Shown one piece after another: positions 1 through 14,042 of a DNA stretch of 64,000 bases; position 1 is the stretch's first letter, and every line of letters begins with the position of its first letter. A model generated the notes under the pieces. That model was given only the letters and a program-made list of their open reading frames with translations, did no database searches and was not told the DNA's origin. Source of the DNA: Saccostrea cucullata (Eukaryota); contig NW_026930709.1 in the NCBI RefSeq assembly GCF_032062105.1, forward strand, positions 248,001-312,000. The letters run 5' to 3'. The position numbers and the translations under genes were made by a program.

Positions 1-59
1 ATGAATTATGCATTACATTTTAAACAATCAAAGATTTTAGAAGTTTCTGAATGTTACTC

Positions 60-600
60 AGATTATAAGTTATAGAGTAACGTTTTAAGTTAATGAGATG
101 AATATGTTTTCTAAAACAATTTGTTATCTTTTGAAAGCATCGATTCTGAGAACAGATATGAGCAAAAAATAAGAAAAAAATCTTCTCTCTAAATAAACGG
201 TTAGAACTATTTCAATATCATTTTTGTATCTCAATATGATTACTTTAACATACTCTGTAAAAGTTCAAAAAAAAAAAAAAAAATAAATAAATATACGACG
301 TATACCGGTATTTAAGAAATTAATATTTTGAAATATAAAAAAATAGAGGAAAATTTGATTAGCCAATATCTGTTTTAGTTAATTTTTTATGTTAATTTGG
401 TACTATCGTCTGATATACATGTACCATTTAGGGTAACTTCAATTGATGCAAACATAATGACCTAGACCTGGCCTTGCTTCAAAAATAAAATCAAAACGAT
501 TCAATGGAACCTCATTCATATTGTCGTCTTGAATATTTTAAAATGTCTTCATTTTTGAAATACGATTAGATATGAAAAGAATACCTCCTTAATATTAAAT
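60..600. repeat. Old interspersed repeat; second diverged copy at ~6380-6960 (TNF-A intron 1)
   Basis: Shared blocks in the same order, e.g. aaatttgattagccaatatc vs aaattcggattagccaatatc, and ataatgacctagacctggccttgc vs ataatgaccttgacctgaccttgc. Confidence 0.7.
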
Positions 601-1085
601 CTAAAAGAAAATACATTTCCTATTGCTGAGCATGTGACAAATTCCAAACACTTGCATTTAACATAATGCGTATTATCAATGTAAACAAAAACACCATGTG
701 AAAGAGTTTTGATCTCTTGCAATAAAATAAATAACTAGGAGTCCTAATAAGTTTCTTGAAGAATAAAGCTGTACGAAACGTGACCAGTCTGAAATTAAAT
801 TTATGCTTGCCATTTTAAAAAAAGTAGTCGTAGAAACAAAATTGTACTGGGAGTATTTAAACTGTCCACTTACAGAACTCTCAGAACACTAAATATTCCA
901 ATTTAGAGCAGGAATTTTAAGTATCTCTTATGAAAGATGGTTATCTTAACAATGATGACAATAATCACTTGATAGAGAGCACTATCAGTCAGATATAAGT
1001 ATTAATTAGTATAATATTTTACGCATAAGTTTGGGAATGCGTTGTGCTTGCATTTGAAGAGCTTATATGGGAAAATATACACATA

Positions 1086-2720
1086 CACTTACTCAAAAGT
1101 TAACGACCACCAACTTTGATAAGAAAATTAATTTTCAAAGTAAAAAAATATTTTTGATTGAATAAATTCAGATTTACTAGTCAACCAAATGATTATTTAT
1201 TATTTGTTTTTATGTTACATCAATATCTCCATTCAAATATTTGTAAAACCGTTTTCTTCAAGGTCACCAATGCGTGTTTTAACAATTCACTTTTCAATGC
1301 AGTCACATCTTTGTTTGCATGAGCTTAATTGATAGAAAAAAAATGTTATAAGTTCGTGCAATCATGCCTCGTCGAAAACTATCGCAACTGGAGTGGTAAG
1401 AACTGGAATGAAGTATAGGAGGGTTGGAGATCACTTACATGTCAGTCACACTGTAATTTTGCGTCTGGTACAGCGGTGGAGAAGAACTGGGGGTGTATAA
1501 GAAGCTACAAGATCTGAAAGACCCCGAAAGACTACAGAAAGTAAAGACAGACTTCTAAAACGAATAGCTAAACAGAGTCCTTTTGATACAGCAAACACGC
1601 TGAGAAGCAAATGGAACAAGCTGGAATCAGCAGAAGTACAGTTAACAGAAGGCTAAATAAGGAACGGATGAGATTATGTCGGCCAATAAAATATCCGCTC
1701 TTATCCCAGAGACACAAAGAAGCAAGATCACAATGGGCATAACAGCATAGGAGATGGAACAATTGGTTGTGGCAAAGAATATATACATTGGTCAGATGAA
1801 AACCGATTCTTGCTGCACCCGGTAGACGGCCTGGTTCGGGTATGGAGACACCCAAATTCTGCATACAAACAACAACAACAACAACATGTGTTGGGAACAA
1901 AGGCGTTTTGTGGAGGCGGATCAAAAGTTTGGGGATGTTGCTATTTGTGGTGTAAACTGGAAATACATGTACACATACTTGATGGCACCTTAACTGCTCA
2001 AAAGTAAAGAGACAATATACTTAGCCCATTAGTTGTGCCTCATTTCGATGATCATTCATTAGCAAGTCAATCTGTACTAATGAATGACAACGCTAGACCT
2101 CAACGGGCCTGAAAAGCTGAAGACTATCTTCGCTAAGGAGCCGTTGAAACTATGCCCTGTCCCGTCATGCCCCCAGATATGAACCCAATTGAACATGTGT
2201 GGGATTATCTTGGTCGTAGAATTAATCAGAGAATCCCAAGTTGTAAAAATTTACAGGAATAGAGAGACGCATTAATTAAGGAATTGAGACAGTTCCTCTC
2301 AAACCTCTTAAGAAGACTTGTCCACAGTATGGGAAGGCGTGTAAAAGAACTGTACAAAAGTAGTGGTGGACACACACATAATTAGGCCTATATATCTATG
2401 CTTATAAAATGTTGAAAATTGATGACTCTTTAAATGTCAATAAAGTTAAACATGCTTATTGCTAGCAACTTTTGTCAAAAACAAATTAAAGTGAAACTTT
2501 AAATTCTACATTTTATGACTTAAATTCTTTTTTGGAAAATTATCATTTGCGTAAAAGAGTTTAGTTTACAGAAGATTTCGAAACATGCATTGACTAAGGA
2601 AAATATAGATCTACTCAGATTTTAAACCAAATATTAAATAATTAATTTGATTGGTCTAAGAGAATGAAATGTTAAAAATGTTCACAGAAAGATTGATGAT
2701 CCCTAACTTTTGAGTAAGTG
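1086..2720 (+). mobile_element. Full-length but inactivated Tc1-family (DD34E) DNA transposon
   Basis: Perfect 17-bp TIRs CACTTACTCAAAAGTTA (1086 onward; ending 2720) flanked by TA on both sides. Transposase remnant from ATG 1364 to ~2385 with WSDENRF, NDNARP and PDMNPIEHVW motifs; D-to-E spacing counted as 34; C-terminal SGGHT. Several stops and frameshifts. Confidence 0.93.
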
Positions 2721-2818
2721 TATATATAAGAATTACATTGTACAAGGGAACGAAATGCTATTAGCATAAATTTTAAAAATAAAGTCAAAATAAGAGTTGT
2801 CATTCTTAGTAGGTGGTG

Positions 2819-5800
2819 TTAACAGCTGTAATCACCATATAGTATACTTCTCGCAGGATTGATCTGAACAACGCCAAAATATGAGGCTTCTGTGTTCGTA
2901 TAGATGAACGTTGGGTCTCCAATTGGCCTTATCATAATATAGTCATCACATTCAAGTTTAAACATCCCCATATGATTCATTGTGTCAAATGGATGCTCGC
3001 CCTCTCTTCTATCGTAATATGCCTGACCTCTGTATTACAAAACAATTAAAGCAAAGTGGATTAATGATATAATAATCATATTTTTTTTTAAGAATTGTCT
3101 ATGTTTTTTTCAACAGGGCATTGACCTCGGTACATTATGTGCTTCTTATCTGAAATCTGTGTCAGACAACAGGTCAGGTTTATTTACTTGTTACATAATG
3201 TTGGTAAATATACATTGTTAGGAATTACAAACCTATTATCCTGCGTTATGTAACTTTTTATCAAGGTCTTTTCAGTTCCATTATGAACCAAAACTGTTTC
3301 AAATCCTACAGATGGCTCGTACCTGTACATTAAAACATACAAACAATATTTAATAAACGCAAAATTATGTAGACAAATTTTGAAGCAGGCTTATTCAGAG
3401 AACTTAGTTACATTTATTGAAAACTTCTAGTTTTAAGATGAAATCTTTCTGAGGAAATTTCTATATTTATAAATGGCTGTTTGTTAATATTAAGAAAAAT
3501 AATCCCGTAAGTTAAATCAGCAAATGAAATAAAATCGAGGGGAAAAGACTAAAATTCTCTTTTATATTTACTTAAGATTGAAATAGATGCAAGCAGGAAA
3601 TTTCTGTAAACAAGACATATTTGAGATGACTAGAATTTGTTATGAATTGAAACTGCTTTGCAAAAAGAACACTAGCGTATCTTAAAGCAGACACATATTT
3701 GTAAAAATATAATAAATAATTGAATCGAGTTGATATTCTTAATGTTTCTTCCTTACTGTCTTTAAGGTTGTGTGATGGATTGAAAATCCAAATTACACTA
3801 TGCTATGATTACACAAACAGTTGAAAACCTTGTTTATTCTCCCTGGTTTTCTATTAATCAATGACCACAAATATGTACATAATTTTTTTTATTCTAAATT
3901 TAATGAGTTTGAATATTTGTGTTTGTTAAATTGTTTCCAAGAAAAAAAATAATCCCATCAACCATGAGTAATGGTTTACACAAATTATGCATTTATCACT
4001 TGAAACTACAAGTGTAGTTGAATCACTTCAAGTGGCCCTCTTCTGTGAAGTATGTGAAAAATTGTTCATTTGAAGCTGTTACTTTATTTTTAGATAAAGT
4101 AAACAAATAATCATATTATCTTATAGCAACTTATCTAAGTACCAAGATAGTAATGGATAGTAGCAACCTTAATTATATCTACCCTTGCTCTGGACCGTTG
4201 ACTGCTACTTGAGCATATACTAAATATATTCCTGGACTGCGAACTTTGATAGCTACGGGCATACTATAGGCGTTATCTCTGATGTAGTCAAAAGTGGAGG
4301 AATATATAGACTCCGGATCACTCCATCTAAAGCAGTGTTTCCTGTTGAAGCACCCATCTAAAAAATAAAGCTTGTTAGTATTGATGACAAACCGACAACT
4401 CTCTTGCATGTATAAGTACATGTGTATATATCAAGTACTTAAAAGCTTCCATATGGGAAATTTTCTCTTAACATATCGGAGAGGTCTTCATTTTCATGGC
4501 ATTTTTTGAAATTGAAATCATCTAAAGAAAAATTGCATCTTTTTGAAAAAGAAATTAAAAGTATAAGCAATTAAATTGAATCATACCAATGTTGTTGACG
4601 GGAGATTTCAGGGTATCTTGAGTCATGGACGCAGACATTGTTAAGTGGACGACCTTTTTCATTATTCCATCTTCAAGAAAATTGCTAAACTATTATGATT
4701 TTAAACTAAATTTAAAACCAAAATCCTTATAATTCTAATGCATCACTTTATAGCAACGAATTTAAGAAAATAACACATGAAATGTGAATTGAATATCAAA
4801 AGGTTTACCCTCCAAGTTTCGAATTTTAGTATTCTCCAATCTTCCTGGAAAAAAGAAAGAAATAATTTATTTTAGACACAAACCACTGTTGAAATTCTAC
4901 TACCGGTATTTTAAACAGAGGCAAGCTTCTCACACATCAGTTGATGTTGCAGGGATTTCAACAACCTCGTTCAAAGTCAATATTTGGAAATTCAATGGTG
5001 GTTATAATGACTTTCATAATAAATTTAACCTATCTCTGGTACTTCTTTTGGTTGGCTCGTTTTATATCACTTGTAAGGCCTTTTTTGTAATAATATTGAC
5101 TACGGCAAGTGCTATCTACTTGATCAATACGTAGAAATCACGGGGGATGCCTACTCCTCTCCGGCAACTGATCCCACCTCCGGATTTCTCAGGGGTTCCT
5201 ATTCATGCCCTGATCGCCTATTTGTATTGTTTGAATTGTTAAAGGTTTTTATGTGATACCTACCTTTCAATACTAATTTTGATTGAATTTTTATAATCAA
5301 GAAATATAAAAGGAACATTTCATACTCAGATTTCTTTTTATTTCAGCTAAGTCTGCCCGCACTTCAGTTCTCCAACGACCTGAAATTATACAATAAAATT
5401 AAGGAACTGTCTACAAAATGTAAAGGAAGACGGAACCTAATTACAAAAGGACGGACTATTTAAAAAAAACTGATATTAAAGCAGTTTATTTAAACTTATC
5501 ATATTTTTTTCTGAAATCTTTGTTTACATTATAGTAAATTACAAATTATCAAATATTGAAAACTGAAGATTGAACCTGTATATCTAAACCCCATTGAATT
5601 CTTAATGTCTTGTGAAACATCTTTGAAGAAGTATCCCCATGGGTATCGTATTTTTCATGTTCTATATGAAGCCGCATGATGGAACATATAGAAGTTAACA
5701 TTTCCTAAAGAAAATAGAACCTTGTCTTCATGTATCTCCTTGTTTCTAAAATGTTTTGCAGTCCAAAAAAAGTTGTAATGCTAGTTTTTTTTTCTTTCGA

Positions 5801-7590
5801 TACCTATTTTACGATCACTGTTAGCATTGTTTCGACGAATATGGTACATGTAAGCTAAAAAATGGAACTTCTATTGTCCATATTCGGATATGATAAAGAA
5901 ATGTTTGAAATGTTGAACCGCATGTACTGAATTTTGACAATGAGCCTCAGAACTATCATATTACTCATATAAAGTAATTACCATTTCTTTTCTCTCTTCT
6001 GTATACAGGATTTCTCTGCAAGAAGAACAATTCTGTTAAGGTAGGATTCTTCTCTGGTTTCTGACTAGATGAAACATTCAAAGTATATTTGCTTATATGT
6101 CTTATATATTTAGGTGCAAGGGATTTACAAGACCACATTTTTCTCTCCTCATTTGAATTGTACAACTTTAAATAGAAATGGTAAACTGCGCTTGAAAACT
6201 AGCAGGGACTATATTTTTGGCAGAATGGTGGCGTATGAAAATATCTTCTTTTCTGCCTCTCAAAATTATTACAGAACAATGAATTTAGTTATAATTTTTA
6301 TACAATCAAAGACTTCAAGAAATTTTCAAATGTAAGTTGAATCAATAATAAGGGACTAAACTTTCAAAATATATCAAATAAATATGATTTTTCAAACAAA
6401 CTAGAATTATGTTGGCTTTTAAACGCTTCCAATCAAAGTACAGATATGAACCATTAATCCATGAAAAGTATTTTTTCTCTCTTAGTAAACGGTCAAAACT
6501 TTGTTTTTGTATCATTTTGTATATTTAAAAGACTACTTTATTGTATGTGAAAATAAGAAAAAGTTAAATATAGGAAGCATCTGAAAGTAACTTATATATC
6601 CTTAAAAATTAAGAAAACAGAGAAAATTCGGATTAGCCAATATCCAGTTTAGTTAAATTATTTATGAAAATTTGGTAATATCATGCTACAGACCCGATAT
6701 AGTAATATCTTTTTATGCAAAAAGAACAATCTTTAAACTTTTGAAAGAGAAGTAGACATCATATGATTGGCAACAGTATTTTTTTTATTCTTAATGGCAA
6801 GGAAAAAGATAATGACCTTGACCTGACCTTGCCTCTTATATGAAACGGTCAAATTTATTTTCACTGATACTATGACTGACTAATATTGTCTTCTTGATTC
6901 TGTGAAAATTTCATTAACTTTTAAATACAAGAAAGATGAGAAGAATCCTACCTTAATCATTGACATTACTTCCTCGCAATCTTAGCAACAACCACACAGA
7001 AGTCTCAACAACACATAGTGTTTATTTCATTTTTTAATAGATAAATTAATGATAATATCATAATAATGGGGATCTTTGAAAATAATGCAAGCAAGCTGAA
7101 TGTTATAATAATGAAAAAGGGTTAAAACTACGAAATAGTGATAAATCTCAATACATATACCGGTATATGAACAAAGCAACAAACATCCTCAAGAATTCCA
7201 GAATACAAATGAACATTTACAAGTATCTCTGCCATCTTTTTCTTTCATTTGACAGTTTCTTGAATCCCCAAGAAGCGTAATACTTACGTTGATTTCAGAT
7301 GGTTTCTTCTGCCCATATAAGATATAGTTAGATTCAAATAAAGGCTTTTGTGCCAAATTTGCATGAGATTCATCAGAAATTTGCAGTCGTTGCAGTGTTT
7401 TTTCCAATTCATTTGTTTGAATAATCAAATAAGTTACAGCTACTGACAGGAAAACAACCGCAGCTCCAAGTACTTTGATGCATGTTGATAGGTATTTCTC
7501 ATGGCTGCAATTTGCACCGTGTTCAGATTTTTCCTGAATCGGCAGACACAAACACGTGCTTTCCGATTTCGGTAAACAATTGCACTCCAT
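2819..7590 (-). CDS. TNF-superfamily ligand TNF-A (type II membrane protein, ~328 aa, 8 coding exons)
   Basis: Exons (minus): 7288-7590, 5982-6015, 5326-5379, 4809-4844, 4587-4670, 4183-4357, 3233-3322, 2819-3029. All GT-AG, phases 0,1,1,1,1,2,2, 987 nt open. TM segment VLGAAVVFLSVAVTYLII, coiled stalk, furin-type REKR. THD motifs KKVVHLT, IKVRSPGIYLVYAQV, GMFKLECDD, SYFGVVQI. Confidence 0.9.
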
Positions 7591-7598
7591 TTAGAATT

Positions 7599-7720
7599 GG
7601 GATTTTCCCATTTTCAGCCTACATCAAAGTTTTGGTTTCGCTCAGCGTTATATGAAGTATGCTATTTTACCCACTTTGAAATTGTGGTAATTCTTAGGCC
7701 CGCCCTCATGTCCCGCCTCT
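7599..7720 (-). promoter_or_regulatory. Putative TNF-A proximal module: NF-kappaB site plus paired GC boxes
   Basis: GGGATTTTCC(C) at 7599-7609 fits the kappaB consensus GGGRNWYYCC, just upstream of the ATG. ggcccgccctcatgtcccgcctct at 7697-7720. A homologous arrangement lies upstream of TNF-B. Confidence 0.6.
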
Positions 7721-9134
7721 TTTGTTAAAATCTGTTCTACATGTAAATTCCCTCTTCTTATAAGGTCGTTTCAAATGAATGGTTATTTGTAAATATTTTT
7801 TCGGCAGTTGTCTATAAATATACTTGAAGATTTAAATATACATGTACCCTTGAACTCAGCACATAAACCTGCAATATCTCGGCGAATTCTGTAAAGATTT
7901 ATCAATATATAACCTCGATACTTCTTTGCCTGAATTCTTTACGTCTCACTTAGAAATATACCGTTTAATTGGAATGCCCCTGGTAGTCGGTGCCAGAAGC
8001 TGAATTCCTTTTAAAGAAAGATACTACCAAATTCAAATACTAATTCAACTAAAAAAGATTGGCTATTCCGAATTCCTCTCTCTATTTTTTTTAAAAGGGA
8101 ATATTATACATTTAATGCATGATAGTGAGGGAAATATGAAGACTTATTCAGCCAAGAAAAATCATATTCCCCGAGGGCTTCGCCCGAGGCGAATATGATA
8201 TTTCTTGGCTGAATAAGTCTTCATGTTTCCCGAAAATTCATGCAATGAATTGTTTATTATACCGAAACAAGCAAAACCTTTTAAGTACGGGTCTCTGTAA
8301 GAATCAGACAATATGTGTATAAAAGTGAATCACGAGGGTTCTCAGAATTGGATGATTTTACACACATAGGTTTCTCTTACACTATGAACCACTTATGTAA
8401 AATGAAAATTATTTTGGGTACTGGTTACTATGGAAACATGGTCAAAGAAATTTTCCCTAGCAACCGATCAATTTTCAATGTGGATGGGCAAATATATCAC
8501 TAAACTTAGAGGCTTGAAATTGAATGTGAATATTACCAGAGGGGTTCTTAAATAATGTTATCATAAAGATAAACATTTCAAGTGATAAAACCATGTAATA
8601 CATAGAATTTTTATTTTAAGATATTTCTTTTACGGGCAATGGAAGATATGCATGTTTTGCATTTTTTGCTGATTCAGCATTTTTGTTAATTTGGGCAATT
8701 TTCAAGGCCATATATCTCAAACTTCTGGCACAATACAAAAGTATGGTATATTTTACATAAAGGCAGAGGAATATCCTTTTTGGAATTTAAATTCAAAAAC
8801 GTGTGTTTTTTAATATTTACAATCGGTTGCCTAGCAACAAAAATGGATGTTTTGATTAAGAGAAAGAGACAATTTGTCAAATATGCGAGTTATTTACGGA
8901 ATTAAATCTTATCGATGGATAACAAAATCAATTTTTAAAGTAAAAACATATTTCTGAGACTTCTTTATGAATTCAGGAATATTTTGCAAATACTAATCGC
9001 CATAGCAACAGAAAATTCCCCATAGTAACAAAGAAAATAAATCAACTTTTGACACGAACTCATATATGTTTGTAAAGATTATTCAGTGTTTGACAGACCA
9101 CAGTGATTTAAGAGCCTCAGTACATTTTTTGTAC

Positions 9135-9960
9135 TTTATTAGTCACCAACCGGTGAAACTGGAAGGCTATAGGTTTCCTCTGAGTCTGTCCGTCGGACTA
9201 GCTGTCCCCGTGTCTGTGTGTAAGTCTGTCCTACTTGGGTTTCCGCACTTATTTTCTGAACGCTTGAAGATATTGAGCTGAATTTCGGCATGTGAGTGTA
9301 TCTTGGTGAGTTACAGATTAAGTTTGAATTTCGTTACGCTTCATTGATTTTTGACAGATTTATGGCGTTTTATTTTTTTTCATAATTGTTTAAGATCGGG
9401 TTCGTGCTGCGCTAAATTCCAAAGGTCAACATGGTAAACCAATCGTAACTTCTCGGGCCTTTCCGACTAGCGGAAAAACAACCTCGAATGTATTAACATC
9501 ACCGGATGTTAAAAATTTATACATTTCCCGTTTATTCAAATACAGGCTAGACGGATTTAGAAGTTCCTTCTATAGTATATTTTAGGTGATATCATTACAT
9601 TTAATAAAGTAAAGCTCCATATTCCACAGATAAAAGTTCTCAATGCATTTATTTCAAAGATCGTGAAAAAGGAGGGTTGTCATGGCGTCTACCATATACA
9701 TTCGAGGTTGTTTTTCCGACCTCTGACGGAAAGACCCGAGATGATGCGATTGCATGGTAAACATGAAGCCAAAAGATGTTGAAAAAATAAGTTGAATTTC
9801 CGTTATGTGTTTTATTTCTTTTTTAGATTAAAGTCATGCATAACCTCAAAATTTTAACATCATGGTCATAACTTTTGCATATTATAAAATGACATTCTAG
9901 AGAAAAGGGGGAACCCGGTAGGGGACATGTATTGTTATGCAATAATCTCAGAATGCTTGT
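9135..9960 (+). mobile_element. HINE/Helentron-type (Pearl/DINE-1-like) non-autonomous element
   Basis: 5' TTTATTAGTCACCAACCGG with 3' subterminal inverted partner CCGGTAGGGGAC, a GTCT/GTCC microsatellite, a core unit (gaagatattgagctgaatttcggcatg), and a 3' short hairpin ending CTTGT. Confidence 0.7.
9440..9752. mobile_element. MITE with 10-bp TSD (Mutator-like), nested in the HINE
   Basis: ~55-bp imperfect TIRs (caatcg...cggaaaaacaacctcgaatgtat). Perfect direct repeat catggtaaac at 9430-9439 and 9753-9762. Confidence 0.85.
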
Positions 9961-10321
9961 AAGGTAAACCCATGGCAATAACATTGAGCATGTAGCTATC
10001 ATGAAAAGTTATTAAAGCTCCATATCATCTATAATGACCTGAACATTTATATAGGAGCTGTACATGTGGTATGTAGTGTCTCTGAATTTCTTAAAACTCC
10101 TTTAAAGTCTCTGACATTGTTACTAAAAGTTATGCAAAAAATTGGTTGTTATGTGTCATTGTTACCATGGCAACATGTCATAAATTTTGAAAAAAATATG
10201 GCATATTTTAACATGATAAGAGTGTTATAGTTAACATTTGTACCTAAACAAACAAGTGGCAGGGTTCCAGGCCATAAAAGTTAGACGAGTTATCATTCGA
10301 TGTCAGTCTCACAGTTACATG

Positions 10322-10987
10322 TAGCTGCAGATCTGCAGATTGGACCGAATTATCTTTGAAACCAAAATGGCAGTATAAATAAGCGAAATGTCCGATGATT
10401 GCAATATCAGGGCCAGGAGGATTATTAACAACAATTATGAGGAATATTTAATTTGTTGTGGAAAGAGTCAAAGAATATGTTAGAAACACATGGTTAGTAA
10501 TATTTTGAGATTACAGCTTTAAAAACATGGAGAAATAAATCGAGAACCGAGCGCATTATTTTGTGCGCAATAAATATACAGTTTTTTCAATGGGTGGCTC
10601 TGTAGCTCTCCGGTCTATCAATAATTTTTTTTCGGAGAGCTACAGATCTGCAGCTATCTCTACAACTGATAAACTCACTTGACTGAAATTCTTTGTTAGA
10701 TTGCTAAAAATTCACTTCAAGCGAGTTTATTGCCTGTAGAGACAACTATAAATGGTTGGGAGGTAGATAATATATATATATATATATATATACATTGGCT
10801 ACAGAATGTGTCTAGAAGAAGGGAATGAAAGGTATTTGATTAACCAATGCTAGAAAAAGGAGAAATTCTCCCCAAAAGCGCGCAAGAAATATTGCGCCGT
10901 AAATTGCACCTTTTTCGCATTACGGGATCTGTGGCGTTATGGTCAAAGACAAGTATATAAAACCATAACGCTACAGATCTGCAGCTA
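10322..10987. mobile_element. TAGCTGCAGATCTG-ended MITE (composite copy), 9-bp TSD
   Basis: Termini tagctgcagatctg / cagatctgcagcta; TSD agttacatg / aattacatg. Extra internal terminus at ~10656. About 300 bp shared with 15728-16017. Confidence 0.75.
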
Positions 10988-12819
10988 AATTACATGTAAA
11001 GGTTGAAATACATGTACAACAAAATATTAGAGAAAAGAGACTTGAAACATTTTCCAGGGACGAAACCACAACAAGCCTTCAACTGTAAAATATGCATGTT
11101 TTTATTTCATCCTAAATTTAAAAAAAAAATCACATTTCTATATAACTCACTCAGATGATCAATATAAAGACATTGTTTTGGTCATAATTAATATAGATTT
11201 TCACATTTCAAAATTTTCAAACTTTATTCTTCCAAAAATAGCAGTGCTAGGGAATTAAGCAGAAAAGAATATGCATCAATTAAATTTGAATCAAAAGGCC
11301 CAGGGACCACATCCCTCACCTGAGCACCGTAGCTGGGATCAAAGCAAAAATCAGTTTAGCCTTGGAAAGATTAAATGTATTTGTGGTCCCAACTACCCCT
11401 AAAAGGGAGGGGGTATTATGTCTTATTTCTTAAGTGATACATGTATCCAATATAACTTAAGTTCTTCCATGCAGAAAAGTATTATTTAAGGTGAGTCAAA
11501 TAACACGTTTCTTGATTAAAGCTGAACACTACTCGTAAAAGGGCATAGTCCGCCATATTTCCTGTTCTTCAAAGCTCTTCCTACAACCCATATATAAGGA
11601 GCAGATTGCTTATCACTTCAATGTATTTTGCTGTAAAGATCCGATGAGTGTAGACGTACATCTCACATAGCCGTGCTACTCGGTCGTGATGAAATTATTA
11701 AAGTTAACGTACTTTTTCCAAAACAGGACAAAAGTATTATGCAAAATACAGGTCGATACATCATTTACAAACAGAAAATGCACATAAAAACAAGGAATAA
11801 ACGCAAAAAATCTAAAACCACACAAGGAGTACTACATGTCGGCCACGCATTTCGAGTGCGCAATCGGGTGTAACAAAATCATGTCACATGTCACAAATGC
11901 AGGTCCAGGGCCGGTGTGCCGGTTACCCCCCCCCCCCCTCCGTTTGAAGATTTTGTACATGTACAGTAGTGTATATAAAATTTATATGTCCACTATCCTA
12001 AAACAAGGAGAAAACATCTTTCATTTGTGGACCCCCACTAATGCCTTGCCCTAAACCCACTGGAGACTTCAGTGCAGCCCAGGACCCCCTGCCTTCTACT
12101 GCCCCAACCCCTTCCCAAACTCACCCAACCACAAAATTCCTTGATCGACTTTCTTGAATTTTCCTGTTTTTTTTTTCTCAAGATAGGAGCATTTGCCAAA
12201 TTTCAGTAAAGTAAACACTCAGACAGCTAATGAAACATGCAAATTTATGCTGAAGTCAGAAAATCTAGTGGGTACTGGTATTTTAAATAGTGCATGAAGT
12301 AGAAATCAGATTTTGCAAATATAAAAAAAAAACATTTTTTTTTCATAAAATTCAAACATTTGAAAATGAATTTATTCTTTGAAAATTAAGGTACATTGAT
12401 GAAATTAGGCATTCTATTTATTTCATCTGTTTAGTTCAGTTTATTGAAGTCAAGAGACATATATCTCACAATTATACATGTTTAATAACAAATATAACAT
12501 GTATAATAATGAGTTTAACATGCAACATGTATAGTACATATTATATTTTCTATAATGTATAAACAAATGAAAGGCGCTGTTCTTGCTGCACTCGCTAGTT
12601 GCACAAATTTTCCTAGATTACATAATTCTTTTTTATTCTGTGTAATAATGACTAAGTAACTGTACTAATTTGAGGGCATTTGGTCTTCGGGAGTTTAGCA
12701 CATATGTACATTGTGTTACAGTTTCTACTGAACATGTACAATTAACTTTGCTAAGCCTAGCCAATGAAATTCATTTTTAATATTTGTTATACAATTTTTA
12801 GTGTATTGATGTATACGTA

Positions 12820-13888
12820 CAGGGTGTTTCACAATATATGTCACACATCTAAAGACAGATAGATAAATAACAACAAAAGCTACATACACATTTTATATAT
12901 CATTTTAATCGGCATATATTCAAAATTATTTTTTTAGTCAGAAGTATCCAAAATCCACCACCTCAGTTACTATGGCAACAAATCCTAAAATGTTATTCTC
13001 GAAGTGTTTTCCCAACATTGTCCTAAATAACTTAAGAGACTAATGTTTATAAATTTCTGATCACTGTTTTGTAAGTTTCCCAAGATTTCTGAGACTTTTC
13101 TTGTTTTATATCTGGCTTTTTAGAACCCCCAAAGTGCATATCTATTTTTATTTAAAGTTGCATTTAAATAAATGTTTCGTTTCAGAACTACCGGTATGTG
13201 TTAATTGGTGCCCACTTCTTTCACTCTTCCTTTCAGTCAATCTTGCAAACTTTTACCCCGGTTCTGAATGTCATTTGACTTTAAACGTTGAACTCTTGTA
13301 TGCAGACATACTTAACTCAAATTTAAGATTTCGAAATACTCTTGATACACTTACTGGCATTGTTACAACCCATCTTCCTAAACTCAGATGTGACTTTCAT
13401 GAGGTTTTCTCAATGATTGACTTCACTCTGATATTGTTCTCATCTCTTCTTGAATTTTTGGGGGTGGGGTAGGGTGGGGTGAAGAGGAGGCAAGTTTAAC
13501 TGTCTTTCATCTTTACATTATAATATAATTTAAACCCTCTAATTATTCTTAATAGAAGAAAAGTAAACAGTAATTTCTGGTCTAGTTATTTTTTATCATC
13601 ACCCCCTGTAAAATACCGGTATATAAAATATCGTAAACGGTTCTTATAATAAAAAATTACAACAAAATTTTGCTGCAAGTTTTACGCAATTTTGAGAATA
13701 ACTGAAATTATGACATCACTGATTATATCATCAGTTACTTCCTGGTTTATTATAATTTTCCCGATATTTTGCAACATAATAATTTTAGATCAATATGCTT
13801 AACTATCGTGTTTTGGTATTTTTGGTATCATGTTCGATATTCAGATTATGCCCATTTAGATGTGTGACATATATTGTGAAACACCCTG
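12820..13888 (-). mobile_element. Internally deleted Tc1/mariner element
   Basis: Perfect 34-bp TIRs CAGGGTGTTTCACAATATATGTCACACATCTAAA with TA TSD. Frameshifted minus-strand remnant (ENNIRVKSIIEK...AYK/RVQRLKSNDIQNR) resembles a mariner-type transposase N-terminal region. Confidence 0.85.
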
Positions 13889-14042
13889 TATATACCTATT
13901 GAATACATCAAAACAACCCTCTTTTTAAATAACACTATATCATTGTAAGTTACAAAAAACAGTTTGATTAATCTTTTGAAATAAATGCTTTTCAAGTTTA
14001 AAACACACACACACACAAAATTACAGAGAATTTGTACACTTC

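Noticed and set aside
1568-1924. 118-aa minus-strand ORF, and similar ORFs antisense or off-frame to real exons (21465, 33834, 41013, 46498, 53692, 61482, 62652)
   Set aside because: These are shadow frames of the Tc1 transposase or of TNF, Kelch or EFHC2 exons.
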